Positions 47,890 to 58,448 of a stretch of DNA of 64,000 nt are shown here, in pieces. The notes beneath the pieces were generated by a model. It saw only the letters and a program-made list of their open reading frames with translations. It ran no database searches and was not told where the DNA came from. The DNA is from Schizochytrium sp. TIO01 (taxonomy: Eukaryota > Protista > Bigyra: Labyrinthulomycetes): the NCBI GenBank assembly GCA_004764695.1, contig SMSO01000006.1:201859-265858 (forward strand). Direction: 5' to 3'. Every line of letters begins with the position of its first letter. Positions within the stretch are counted from its first letter, which is position 1. A program made the translations under genes and the position numbers.

Positions 47890-49689
47890 TTAGAGCTTGG
47901 AGACTGGAACGGCCTCATCGCGAATCTTGCCATCCTTGATATCTGCAAGGATAGTGCGCTTGTGGATCTTTCCAGTGTCACCACGGGGCAGCTGCTCAGG
48001 CCAAATGTACAGATGCGTAGGCATCTCGTAGCGAGCAAGATCGCCACATATCTTACGGATGCTCTCCAATGACGGGCGAGCGTTACCCTTGGTGAAGACT
48101 GCAATGCCAACCTCCTCACCAAGCGTGGGGTGGGGTACAGGAATCGCCGCAACCTCAGCAATCTCAGGGTGCTGGTACACGGCGTTCTCGACCACGACAC
48201 AAGAGATGTTCTCACCACCGCGAATAATAATCTCCTTGCTTCGGCCGCGAAGGTGAAGGTATCCTTCCTCGTCAATCACACCAACATCACCGGTGCGAAA
48301 CCATCCGTCCGCAGTAATGTTCTTCGCAGTGGCCTCAAGGTTGTTCCAGTACTCCTTTAACATGAGCGCGCCACGAATGACGAGCTCGCCCTCCTCGTTG
48401 GTAGGCACAGGCTTGTCATTAGCATCCCAAATGGCAATCTCGGTTGTTGGGACAGCCTTGCCACAACTGGAAGGCTTTCTGCGATAAAGATCTCCTTCGT
48501 TCAGAGTCGCAATGCCGTTTGTCTCAGTCATACCCCAGGCCTGAAGCGGGGATGCTCCCTTGAAGTTGCGGTCGACTTCACCAACCATGGTGCTGGGCGG
48601 CGCAGCGCCGCCGCCGCCGACTGAAACAAGCGTGCTAGTGTCATACTTCTTAAAATTCGGGTGGCTCATCATGTCGAGAACCATTGTGGGCACACCTGTA
48701 AAGTTGGTGCATTTTTCCGTCTCGATGAGCTGCAGGGCGTGCTCGGGGTCCCATTTGCTCATGATAACAATCTTACGGCAACTCAGAATGGACAAAAGGC
48801 AAACGCAATGGTGTCCTGTCACGTGAAAGAGAGGCACTGCGAGCAAAAAGGCCGTCTTGGACGGATCAAGAGGAGGGTCGAGCGCCTTGCCGGTCTTGGC
48901 TGCAGCAAGGTTTTTCTCGTAAGCCATGGCTGAAGCAGCGGCAGTGAGATTATGGGCAATACTGCGATGGGTGAGAACGACACCTTTGGGGTGGCCTGTG
49001 GTACCGGAGGTATACATAATCATGGCATTGTCGTCTTTGCCGACGCTAACAACCGGCATGGCCGCACCCTGGTGCTTACGGACTGCATCATCAAAGAAGA
49101 CCACCTTTGGATGAGGCTTAAATTTGTCAGCACCAGGTCCACTAAGAAGCAAAACGTGCTTGAGGCTGGTCAACTTATCGAGAATAGGTTCGAGACTTTT
49201 GTATCGGTCAGCGTCACAGACGACGACCTTGGCGCCAGAGTTTTCCACGCCATACTCGAGCTCTTTGGTCTTCCAATACGAGTTCATAGGCACCGACACA
49301 CCTCCAACAGAGGTTGAGCCGATGAGTGCTACAAGGTACTCGTTGCGGTTCTTAGAGAGTGTAATAACACGGTCTCCCTTTTGCAGACCAAAGTCCTTCA
49401 CAAGTGCAGAGCCGAGTGCTGCTGAGAGGTCGTAGGTCTCCTGAAAGGTGAGCCGGCTGGTTTCATCCACAAGGAAATCAAGCTTCATTGCTCCATTGGC
49501 CACCGGGACCTTGTAAATGTCAAGGAGTGTTTGAGGTCCGTTTGGGAACACCTCATACTTGACACCCTTGAAATGGGCGGACTCTCCTTCATATGAGATC
49601 ACCTCCTCGCGAACCTCAAAAGGAGTTCCCGGCGCAAACACCTGGTCCCAGACCTTTTTCTCCAGGCCGCTCGTGGGTTTCTTGGTCAT
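47890..49689 (-). CDS. Peroxisomal AMP-forming acyl-CoA ligase, copy 5, 599 aa, PTS1 -SKL
   Basis: First ATG at 49689 (MTKKP; the track start is GTG). Motifs IMYTSGTTGHPKG, AWGMTE, WFRTGD, LPRGDTGKI; ends VPVSKL. Confidence 0.92.
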   Translation of the reverse strand: MTKKPTSGLEKKVWDQVFAPGTPFEVREEVISYEGESAHFKGVKYEVFPNGPQTLLDIYKVPVANGAMKLDFLVDETSRLTFQETYDLSAALGSALVKDFGLQKGDRVITLSKNRNEYLVALIGSTSVGGVSVPMNSYWKTKELEYGVENSGAKVVVCDADRYKSLEPILDKLTSLKHVLLLSGPGADKFKPHPKVVFFDDAVRKHQGAAMPVVSVGKDDNAMIMYTSGTTGHPKGVVLTHRSIAHNLTAAASAMAYEKNLAAAKTGKALDPPLDPSKTAFLLAVPLFHVTGHHCVCLLSILSCRKIVIMSKWDPEHALQLIETEKCTNFTGVPTMVLDMMSHPNFKKYDTSTLVSVGGGGAAPPSTMVGEVDRNFKGASPLQAWGMTETNGIATLNEGDLYRRKPSSCGKAVPTTEIAIWDANDKPVPTNEEGELVIRGALMLKEYWNNLEATAKNITADGWFRTGDVGVIDEEGYLHLRGRSKEIIIRGGENISCVVVENAVYQHPEIAEVAAIPVPHPTLGEEVGIAVFTKGNARPSLESIRKICGDLARYEMPTHLYIWPEQLPRGDTGKIHKRTILADIKDGKIRDEAVPVSKL

Positions 49690-51049
49690 TTTCCCTGTAC
49701 TGTGCACAGGCAGGCTTCTTCACCGCAACTTTGCCAACTCGTGCCTTCTTCGCGATGATTCGGATTTGCTTTCGGTTGCCGATGCCAAACTCCGCAACCT
49801 TCGCTTCCTATGTTTGACACATCTTCTCCGCTTTACAGTCTTGAGTACTTAATTGCAGTAATAGCACTTCTACTAGGACCAGCCCACTTTACTTTCTTTT
49901 TTTGTATGCCGCTAAAAGAAAGGTGGCTGAGATGCTGAGCACTAGGTACTATCTAGTCACCATCGCTCCAAATCATTGTAAAAAACTGACTTCGTGAAGG
50001 CGAGGTAAGTACTTACCGAATCGTCTCCTTCATGTATGTCACGTTTAAGTTGGTTTCTGTTGCCTTTCGTCGGATTTGCACTGGAACTGTTTGTAAGAAA
50101 TGATGTACATTCTCAAGCACTATGCCTTGAAACATCTACTTGAAGGGAGACAGGAATCAAACAATGCTCGCCCAGGCTTCACGGGGAAGTAAAACGTCAA
50201 TCAAGAGCCGAGGCCGTTCGCCTGATAATATGGAATCAATCCTCCAAGGTCAATCGAATCAATCCTCTTCGAAGACGTCCACGTTGAACTTGAAGAAAAG
50301 AAAAGAAAAGAAAAGAACAAGAAGAAGAAGATGTACTTTCCGCTCTCCTATCTTCTCAGTCCTTCCCTGTTTTCCTCCCTTCCAAATCAAGTCCGCCTTA
50401 ATTAACAGTATCGAAGTCTCTTTAGAGACCCTAAATTAAGGTCACCCATTGACAGATGAGGATTTGGATCGCTGTCAACACCGCCTCTTTGATCCTTATA
50501 ATTAACAATAGATGAGGGCTAGTATTGCAGTCTCCTCTTGCCCGAATAATATCATATCTTCTTCTTTCATATTTTTTTTTAATTAAATAAAAATCTTCTT
50601 TTCCTTCCTTTTTTTTTGGTTCAAACGAATCACAGAAAAGAAGCTCTCTTTCACAGATTCACATTCTCCCGTTCACGATCGCCATGGTGCCTCTGGAGCT
50701 CGAGCTCTTCGACGACAGCCATCCATCGCGGCTCATGGCTCGCGAAACAGCTCACAAGCGCTGCTCAGGCGCCCCTGGCGCATCAGACGACTTTCCCCTA
50801 CTGCGTGCTAACTGCTCTTGTGAAGTGGCTTTTGCTCTTTTGACTGTCTGTTCTCTCAACACTGTGACCTCAGACAGCGCCCGCCTGCACCTTCGCAGAC
50901 GATGCCGTGGTCGCCCCGCGCCTCTTCACTGGAGCAGCTTTCCGGCAGAAGCCGCGTGCGTCTTCTCCTCGAGCTCGACTGGCGGCCGACCGTCGCGGCT
51001 GTCGCCTTCGCTTGAGCCATCTTCGATTCCGCTTATGTCCACGCAAATC

Positions 51050-51165
51050 CAACCCAACTCCAACTCCAAACCCAAACCCAAATTCAAATCCAAATTCAAA
51101 TTCAAATTCAAATTCAAATTCAAATTCAAACCCAAATTCAAATTCAAATTCAAACTCAAACTATT
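51050..51165. repeat. Hexamer array (AAATTC/AAACCC/AACTCC)n
   Basis: Visible hexamer run; it generates the KF, NS and LN low-complexity ORFs. Confidence 0.88.
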
Positions 51166-53482
51166 TCAAAATATCATATTCAAAATCATGAAACTTGAAA
51201 GAAAAAAAAAAAAAAAAAAAAAGCAAAGAAAAGAAAAAACACTATCCACGCAACGCTCACATCACACACAGAATTCACAATGCCGGCGATCCACCCTCCC
51301 GCCATAGCGGCCAGAAGCTTCTTCGCCTGCCTCCCTGCCTCCTGCCTACCTACTCCTCTCCACCTTCAAGCTTGAACTCAACCAGCCTCGAGCCCAATCA
51401 AGCGTGAACTCCTCAAAAAACGTCGATCCCATTCAAAAACTCCTCTGCATTCTTCGCATCCCAGTTCCGATCGTGGCGGCTCCAGCCCATGCCCTCCTAG
51501 CCTTTATCCTAGCGCACCCAGCGCACCCCCCCCCCTCCTCCTGGCGATGCTAAGATACGGGGCAAAGAATACCGGACACGGGGTAGCGCGAGCCAAAGCC
51601 GCAGCTGGATTGGCGAGGAAGCTTCAAGTCCGCAATGGGTTCTTGGGGCTCAACCAGGCGGGCGCTGGCGGCGGCGCGGAGAGGGCCGCGCAAGAGGGAA
51701 GAGGCAAGACGCAGGACGCAAGGCGGAAGGGCGATGGCAGCGAGAGCAGGCTCGATGGAAGGAAGGAATGAATGAATGAATGAATGCACAGAGCTGCCGT
51801 GGAACTGGAGGTTCTTGTGCGTCATCAGGCGCAGCGGCCGCCCTGATAGGCGTAACGGTAGGAGAGCCTACTCTGCGCTCGAAGAACCGAGGGACCGCTG
51901 CCGCAGACGTTCAGCTGGAGAGCGCCCATTGGCCTGCGGTCTCTCTCGCCGCGCTCGCTTGCGTGCCGCCAGGCAGAACCTGATTGCTTGCCTGCTTGCC
52001 TGCCTGCTTGCTGGGTTTCGTGCTGCAGTTTGAACCAAGAGTTCGGCGGGCTCTCGAAATGGCAGGCTCTCGATCCTTCAAGTTGGGCACCTTGATCTTT
52101 CTTGATCTCAGATCTGCAGCCCACTTTCCAATCCTTCGTAGACAAGTCGCGGCAACTGCTCGTCCGAAACTGGTGCGGCCTGTCACCAAATGTGTGGTCG
52201 TGCTGCAACTCTAGAGGTAGACATCTGAGATGGGAAGTAGCAAGAGCACTCGTTGCAGCGAGCGAGTAAGGCAGCAGCTTCGAGCAAGAGCGGAGAAGAG
52301 GCGAGCGCGGCTGGCGACCTCGAGCCCCTCCTCCTGGCGTTGTTGTTCGAGATTCCTCATGATCTCCAGGTGTGGTTCAAGTTGCCAGCTACAGAGGCCA
52401 TGAATCGTACTCTCAGCAAGCGCGCACCTACTAGTAGTGCTTAGTAGTAAGGCGGCAGGCTCACGAGGTACTCTTGAGATCTGACCGCCCTGTGCTCCTC
52501 CCTGCTGAGCGGATCTGTCGACGCTTTCGATGGCTGTTTGAGAAGCGGTTTTCTGAACATTCATGGTCAACTATTCAACTCGTCGATCGATCAATGGATC
52601 AGTCCTGTAACTGATACGCTGAACTCGAACGGTGTGGATCGTATCGCAGGACTTGGATCGCAGTTGAGCATGATCAAGGATCATGATTGAGAATGTTTGT
52701 GTGATTATTCTTGTCGATAATTCAAGGAGGCCCATCGTCCCAAACCTATGAAGTTAGTTCGGCCTGGCTGCAGCTGAGAGCATCTCTGGTGAGACTGGCA
52801 GATATTATGCAGTTGGGCTATGGGCTAGGTTAGCCAGGTAGAAAAGATCCGTAATGTTCTACGCAGACTCTTTGAGTAGGAAGAACGTACTGGCGGACTC
52901 AGCAAAAGTATCAACAAATCGGTTCCAGAGGCGAGCACAGATTTTGACATGACGGGAACTCCATCTTCCTTTTCATCAGCAACAACATGTCCCAAAATAT
53001 CTGATGAGAGGCTCTCGCGCCGGCAGGGTTATCAGACTGCCTAAAGCTTCCGAAGTTTTCAAGATATACTTTGCTTCTGTAGAAAGTAACCAAGCAAGAG
53101 GCCGAAGCTTTCTGGTAGAGGAGGAGGTAAGGCCCTTCGTGTGAGTACATCTTGACATTGTAGAGAGGGTGCAGGTAATGGGAGTAGGCAGAAGAAATAT
53201 GTGTGTGCGCTCATTCATGGTGATTGTGCGCAGTTTACTTGGCAATTCACATTGAGAAGCCCAGAGGTGCAGTTAGCACAAGTCCAGATTGCCTCTAGAG
53301 AGGAGCAAACAGAAGAGCGGAGAATCATATAGACCATGAAAGTCATTATTAAGATGTGCCACGGCATACTATTTTATAACAACAAATCCTCCAATGGTAT
53401 ACACTCTTCTAATGTAAAAAAAAAAAAAAGAGAACTCTCTGGTGTAAAATATAACTAGTATATAAGGCCTACGAAGATGTGA

Positions 53483-55309
53483 CTAGAGCTTAGAAGGTAA
53501 TCCTTGCTTTACCTGCTCTGAGCGAATTTCGCCCTTCTCGATTGACTCAATAATCCCGCGTTTGAAAATCTTACCAGTAGCGCCACGCGGGAGTTGGTCG
53601 GGCCAGATGAAGAGATGAGTTGGGTGTTCGAATTTTGCAAGATCTACACATTTAGTGAGTAGCTCTTCAAGAGTGACTTTGGCGTTTGGCTTCGGCCAGA
53701 CAACAATGCCTACCTCCTCACCAAGCGTAGGATGTGGCACAGGAATGGCCGCAGCCTCGCCTACACTAGGGTGCTCATAAATGGCATTCTCCACAGCTAC
53801 ACAGGATATATTCTCTCCGCCTCTGATGATAATCTCTTTGCTGCGACCTCCAAGATGTAAGTAGCCATCTTCATCAAGAAGCCCAACGTCTCCAGTACGT
53901 AGCCAGCCGTCAGGCGTGATTGCTTTGGCAGTGGCCTCCGGATTGCCCCAGTACTCCTTGAGCACCGAAGCCGCCTTCACCATCAAATTACCCTTTACTC
54001 CGGACGGTACTTTGTTGTCCTGATCGTCCCAAATTTCGTAATAAAGACCTGGGATAGAACTACCGCAGCTTGTAGGTTTCAGCTTATAGAGTTCGCCCAT
54101 TGTAGCCCCTGTCACTCCACTCGTTTCGGTCATTCCAAATCCTTGCAGGGGAGCTGCTTTCTTAAAGTTAGAGCCCACATCGCGAACCATAGTCGTTGGA
54201 GGAGCTGCACCTCCTCCACCGACTGTGCCGAGAGAGCTGGTGTCATACTTATGAAAGTTGGGGTGTGCCATCATGTCAAGTACCATGGTAGGTACACCAG
54301 AGAAGCTTGAGATCCTCTCCCGCTCAATGATCTGCAGAGCACGTTCAGGGTCCCACTTGCTCATAAGGACGATCTTGCGTGATGCTACAATCGAAATGAA
54401 GCAAACGGCAAGAAGCCCAGTTACATGAAAAAGTGGGACATTCAGAAGGGTGGCAGAGGCAGCTGGGTCAGCTGGCGAAGCGTTTTGCTCAGGAACTGTA
54501 CCTTCTAATATATCTGAGACGGCCTTGTTAATCATTCCTTTGGCAACAGTACCAACCAAGGCATGGGTCACAGAGCGATGCGTTAAGACTACACCCTTCG
54601 GGTGGCCTGTGGTTCCCGATGTATACATGATGATAGCGTTATCATCCTTGTCAGCTGTGAACGGAGGCATCTCCTCCCCCATACGATTGGCTACAACCGT
54701 ATTGTATGTAGTGAGCTTTGGGTGCGGCTTGGCACCCTCCACTCCGGGACCGTCACATAGGAGTACTTTGTGTAGCATTTGCAGCTCATCTAGGATGGGC
54801 TCAACATCACGGTATCGCTCAACGTCGCAAATGAGGACCTTGGTTCCGGAGTTGTTGAGACCATAGAGGAGTTCTTTCGTCTTCCAGTACGAGTTCATCG
54901 GTACGTAGACGGCTCCAATGGAGGTGATGGCAATGAATGAAATCAAGTACTCAATACGATTCTTGGACAACATGCAGACGCGGTCACCATTTTGAACATT
55001 GAAGTCTTTTACAAGAGCTTGACCAAGAGCGGCTGCCTCAGCAAAGGCTTGAGCAAACGTCAGTCTGCGGTCTTCAAAAATCAAAAACTCGTTCTTTTGT
55101 ACGCCCTGGCTTAGGGGAATGTTGAAAACGTCTCGGAGAGTCTGAGGACCCTTGGGAAATACTGGGACACGAATTCCTTTGTGATGTGGAGCAGACCCAT
55201 TCTTGTGGACGATTGTCTCTTCTCCAAGCTCAAACATTGTCCCCGGAGCACACACCTTTTTAGTAATTTCATCTTCTAGCTGCTTGAGCTTGGATACTGC
55301 ATGAGGCAT
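53483..55309 (-). CDS. Peroxisomal AMP-forming acyl-CoA ligase, copy 6, 608 aa, PTS1 -SKL
   Basis: First ATG at 55309 (MPHAV; the track start is TTG). Motifs intact; ends GLPSKL. Confidence 0.92.
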   Translation of the reverse strand: MPHAVSKLKQLEDEITKKVCAPGTMFELGEETIVHKNGSAPHHKGIRVPVFPKGPQTLRDVFNIPLSQGVQKNEFLIFEDRRLTFAQAFAEAAALGQALVKDFNVQNGDRVCMLSKNRIEYLISFIAITSIGAVYVPMNSYWKTKELLYGLNNSGTKVLICDVERYRDVEPILDELQMLHKVLLCDGPGVEGAKPHPKLTTYNTVVANRMGEEMPPFTADKDDNAIIMYTSGTTGHPKGVVLTHRSVTHALVGTVAKGMINKAVSDILEGTVPEQNASPADPAASATLLNVPLFHVTGLLAVCFISIVASRKIVLMSKWDPERALQIIERERISSFSGVPTMVLDMMAHPNFHKYDTSSLGTVGGGGAAPPTTMVRDVGSNFKKAAPLQGFGMTETSGVTGATMGELYKLKPTSCGSSIPGLYYEIWDDQDNKVPSGVKGNLMVKAASVLKEYWGNPEATAKAITPDGWLRTGDVGLLDEDGYLHLGGRSKEIIIRGGENISCVAVENAIYEHPSVGEAAAIPVPHPTLGEEVGIVVWPKPNAKVTLEELLTKCVDLAKFEHPTHLFIWPDQLPRGATGKIFKRGIIESIEKGEIRSEQVKQGLPSKL

Positions 55310-56942
55310 GATGATAACTTGATGATAACTTGATGATAGATATCCTATAATGATTTTTCCAGGAGATCGCGAGGTCAATCAACGTGTGGCGTTTGATTTC
55401 TTCTTTTCGTCTGATTGTCGATTAAACCAGTCGTCTGTTGCTTAAAAGCTCAGAAGAGGTTTAGCCCAAAACTATCCGCTGCCGTTTGACCTTACAAACG
55501 CCGTGTTAAGCCTTTGACAAGATCAATTTGGGATTTGCTGCATTGCATCAACCTCAAACTTGGCTTGAAGAAGGTACTCTCTAATCGTATGTTTTCCTCA
55601 AAGTACCTGGAGCAATAGCACGCTACCTATCTAGTACCACTTATGTATCTTCTTAGTCTAGAGATCAAGGTTTTGGTCTGTCCAGTGGCCGGTGTCGGAC
55701 GGGCTGGCACGCTTTCTTTCTTTCTTTCTTACTTTCTTTCTTTCTTTCTTTGTATATGTGTGCGCACTATCTAGTTCGTTACTGCAAAATGGTGCTTCTT
55801 CGTTCCTCGTTCCTCTTACACATGATCTCATGCTACTAGAGTGTTTCGATCCGACAGTCTGTTGCAATTGGGAAATAAAAGGCCCTCTCAGGAGCAGAAG
55901 ATATCGTTTTGGATGCATGCTTCCCGAGTGCAATTTGGACTGGTTCATAATATTTGCCTTGGGCTCTTCTGAGGAATGTCAGGCAATATAACGTAGAAGA
56001 AGGTTTTGCATGTCTTGGTGGCACATGCGAAGTCGTAAACAAATGCTGGACCATTGGCTTTTGATTGCCAACGGGTATAAGTAGTTAGGTCCCTAATTCT
56101 ACGAAAGTATGAGTCCTGAGTTCTTTAGTCCTACACAACATTATTGGTGGGCTCTAAGAAACTTTTTACCTTTCTTTTCTTCTATTTTTAAGTATCATTG
56201 AGCTCTAGCTAGCACTGATAAGCATTTCTTAATCTCTTGAAAGTGCTGATACCGCGATCAGTCCTACTCCATGGTACTCTAAGAGGACCCCGATAAGTTG
56301 TACGGTGCCCTTCAGTATGGCAGCAAGATATAGTCAACATCACCCCTATGTTTGTTGCATTCCCCACGAAGCCAAAGGTAGTTCCTTCTGCAAATTTTGG
56401 TCTTGGGTGGGTAAGAAAGTACATTTGCATAATAAAATAAAACTAATCAAGCAGGAAACCAAGAAATTATCAATCGTCTATAAGAACACAAAATTAGATT
56501 TTACTCAGGGTAATACTAGGTAGAGATGTTTCATCAATCAAAGAGAATGGGAATCAGGCTCGCTATCCGTACATGTTAAAAAGGTATTGGTTGGGATGCG
56601 GCAAAAGAATTAGAGAGCAGTAAAGATGAGAAAATATGCCAAAGCAGGTTGCAGTCATCAACAACATCGAAGACTGCCTGAACTATGTTACCAAACAAGC
56701 AGAAAAGGTCTCTTTGGCCTAATCATGCTGCCTAGATAGAGCATCTCGTTCTTGTTTTTGTTTGCTTTTCTCCTGCTAAGGAAATTTCCTCTCTTGACAT
56801 ACGCGGCATGATGGTCACTAGGGACTCCAGCAGCCCAGGGAAAGGAAGCAACCTGAGGTTACTTTCTACAGATCCGAGATTAGGCTTCAAGACGTTGTTG
56901 AAGAGTTTGGGAGAAGGGTTAATTAATTGACCAGTCTCAAAT

Positions 56943-58448
56943 TTAGGCAACCATCTCCGGAGTAGTCTCAACCTCGACTTCCTCAGGAGCAGTGGGGGGC
57001 ACGATGGTGCAGTTAGCAGCGGAATCGTGGATAATGTCAAGAAGGTTGCCCATCTCGAGGAGCATATCCTCGCCGGAGCAGTTGCCCTTGAGATGAACCT
57101 CACCAATCCAGTCCGGGAGACGGGAGTCGAGACCCTTGACGGACTCCTTAGCCTTCTTGAAGTAGGTCAAGTCGTGGAAGTACGGGGACTTCCTGGACTC
57201 CTCGAGGAAGTCAGCACCGTCCATAATCTCACCGGTGAGCGGGGCGTTGGGGAGGATGTAGCCATAGACGCAGAAAGGTTCCTCAGCGCGGGGAGGGTTG
57301 ATGGGGATGTCGAGCATGGCGAGGGTGAACTCGAGCATGGGGTTGACGCCCCAGACCTGTCTGTGGGTATCAACGGTAGCACCACCACCGACGCGAGGGT
57401 TGTTCTCAATGAGGATGGGGCCAGTAGGGGTCATCCAGGTCTCGACGTGGAAGGCACCGGTGTGGAAGCCAAGGCCGCGGGTCACGGCAGCAGCGTACTG
57501 GATCATCTCTTCCTGGACCTCACGCGGGGAGAGGGAGGGGGCAATGCTGCCGAGCTCCTGGTATGTGTGCGGGAGTGCCTCGAGGTTGTCGAGTACGTTG
57601 GAGTACACAAGCTCGCCCTTGTTGAGAACAACCTCAACGTCGAACTCGTTGATGCGACCACCGTAGATGTTCGGGAGCACACAGGTCTCTGCCATGACGG
57701 GAGCCTGGCGCTGAACGGCGCCGTGGTTGTTCTTGAGGCCCCAGCTGGAGTCAATGTCAGCGAAGACACGCTCGAGGGTGTGGCGGAGCTCTGCATTGTC
57801 ATCGACACGGTAGACACCGGCGCTGCCCATTCCGGAAGAGGGCTTGACAATCATGGGGAAGCCAATCTCGCGGGCGGCGACCTCGGCGTCGTTGACGTCC
57901 CAGATCTGCACGGCCTTGATCGAGTTAATGTTGGCCTCGCGGAGAGCCTCGCGAGTGCGGAACTTGTCGCGAGCAATTTCGTAGGCCTGAGGGGGGTTGC
58001 CGGGAAGCTCGAGAAGCTTGGCAATGCGGCTCATGAGGAGCACGACGGCTTCGTGGGGGGACCACACGCCATCGAAGGTGAGTCCAGCCTCGCGGACGAC
58101 GGCAACGGCGTTCTCAGCACCGTTCTTGGCGCCAAGATCTGCGAAGAGCTCGGCATCGACGGCTGCGCTGCAGTCCTCGTAGTACTTGGCCTTCTTGTCT
58201 TGCTGGAAAATCGCTGTGATCTTCAGTCCGTATGCGCGAAGTCCCTTGAGGTGATCGCAGAGAAACTTGGCGCACGTAGGGTAAACGAAGTCTCCTCCCA
58301 CAAAGAGCATGTGCTTGCCCTTGAGCGAGGCGAGGCGAGCGCGCTGGGTCTCGTCATCGGCGGCATTCACCTCGAGGAGCTCCTGGATGCGCTCCGGGGT
58401 GAGGTCGTCCACCTGGGGTGCCTCACGGGGGGGGAACTCGAGAACCAT
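56943..58448 (-). CDS. ATP-grasp ligase, carnosine-synthase/L-amino-acid-ligase-like, 501 aa
   Basis: ATP-grasp motifs ARDKFRTREAL, IGFPMIVKPSSGMGSAGV, EFDVE, FHVE and GPILIENNPRVGGG; strong C/G-ending codon bias. Confidence 0.88.
   Translation of the reverse strand: MVLEFPPREAPQVDDLTPERIQELLEVNAADDETQRARLASLKGKHMLFVGGDFVYPTCAKFLCDHLKGLRAYGLKITAIFQQDKKAKYYEDCSAAVDAELFADLGAKNGAENAVAVVREAGLTFDGVWSPHEAVVLLMSRIAKLLELPGNPPQAYEIARDKFRTREALREANINSIKAVQIWDVNDAEVAAREIGFPMIVKPSSGMGSAGVYRVDDNAELRHTLERVFADIDSSWGLKNNHGAVQRQAPVMAETCVLPNIYGGRINEFDVEVVLNKGELVYSNVLDNLEALPHTYQELGSIAPSLSPREVQEEMIQYAAAVTRGLGFHTGAFHVETWMTPTGPILIENNPRVGGGATVDTHRQVWGVNPMLEFTLAMLDIPINPPRAEEPFCVYGYILPNAPLTGEIMDGADFLEESRKSPYFHDLTYFKKAKESVKGLDSRLPDWIGEVHLKGNCSGEDMLLEMGNLLDIIHDSAANCTIVPPTAPEEVEVETTPEMVA

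Noticed and set aside
50684-51307. 207-aa ORF with KF repeats and poly-K
   Set aside because: Runs through a hexamer microsatellite and an A-tract; no recognisable domain.
29831-54866. Many 60-220-aa ORFs antisense to or out of frame within the ligase genes, some similar to each other
   Set aside because: Shadow frames of the paralogous ligases; their mutual similarity only reflects the real genes.
29699-55309. Interpreting the ligases as NRPS modules or luciferases
   Set aside because: No carrier-protein or condensation domains are present, and nothing in the sequence supports light emission; the luciferase link is only an evolutionary analogy.
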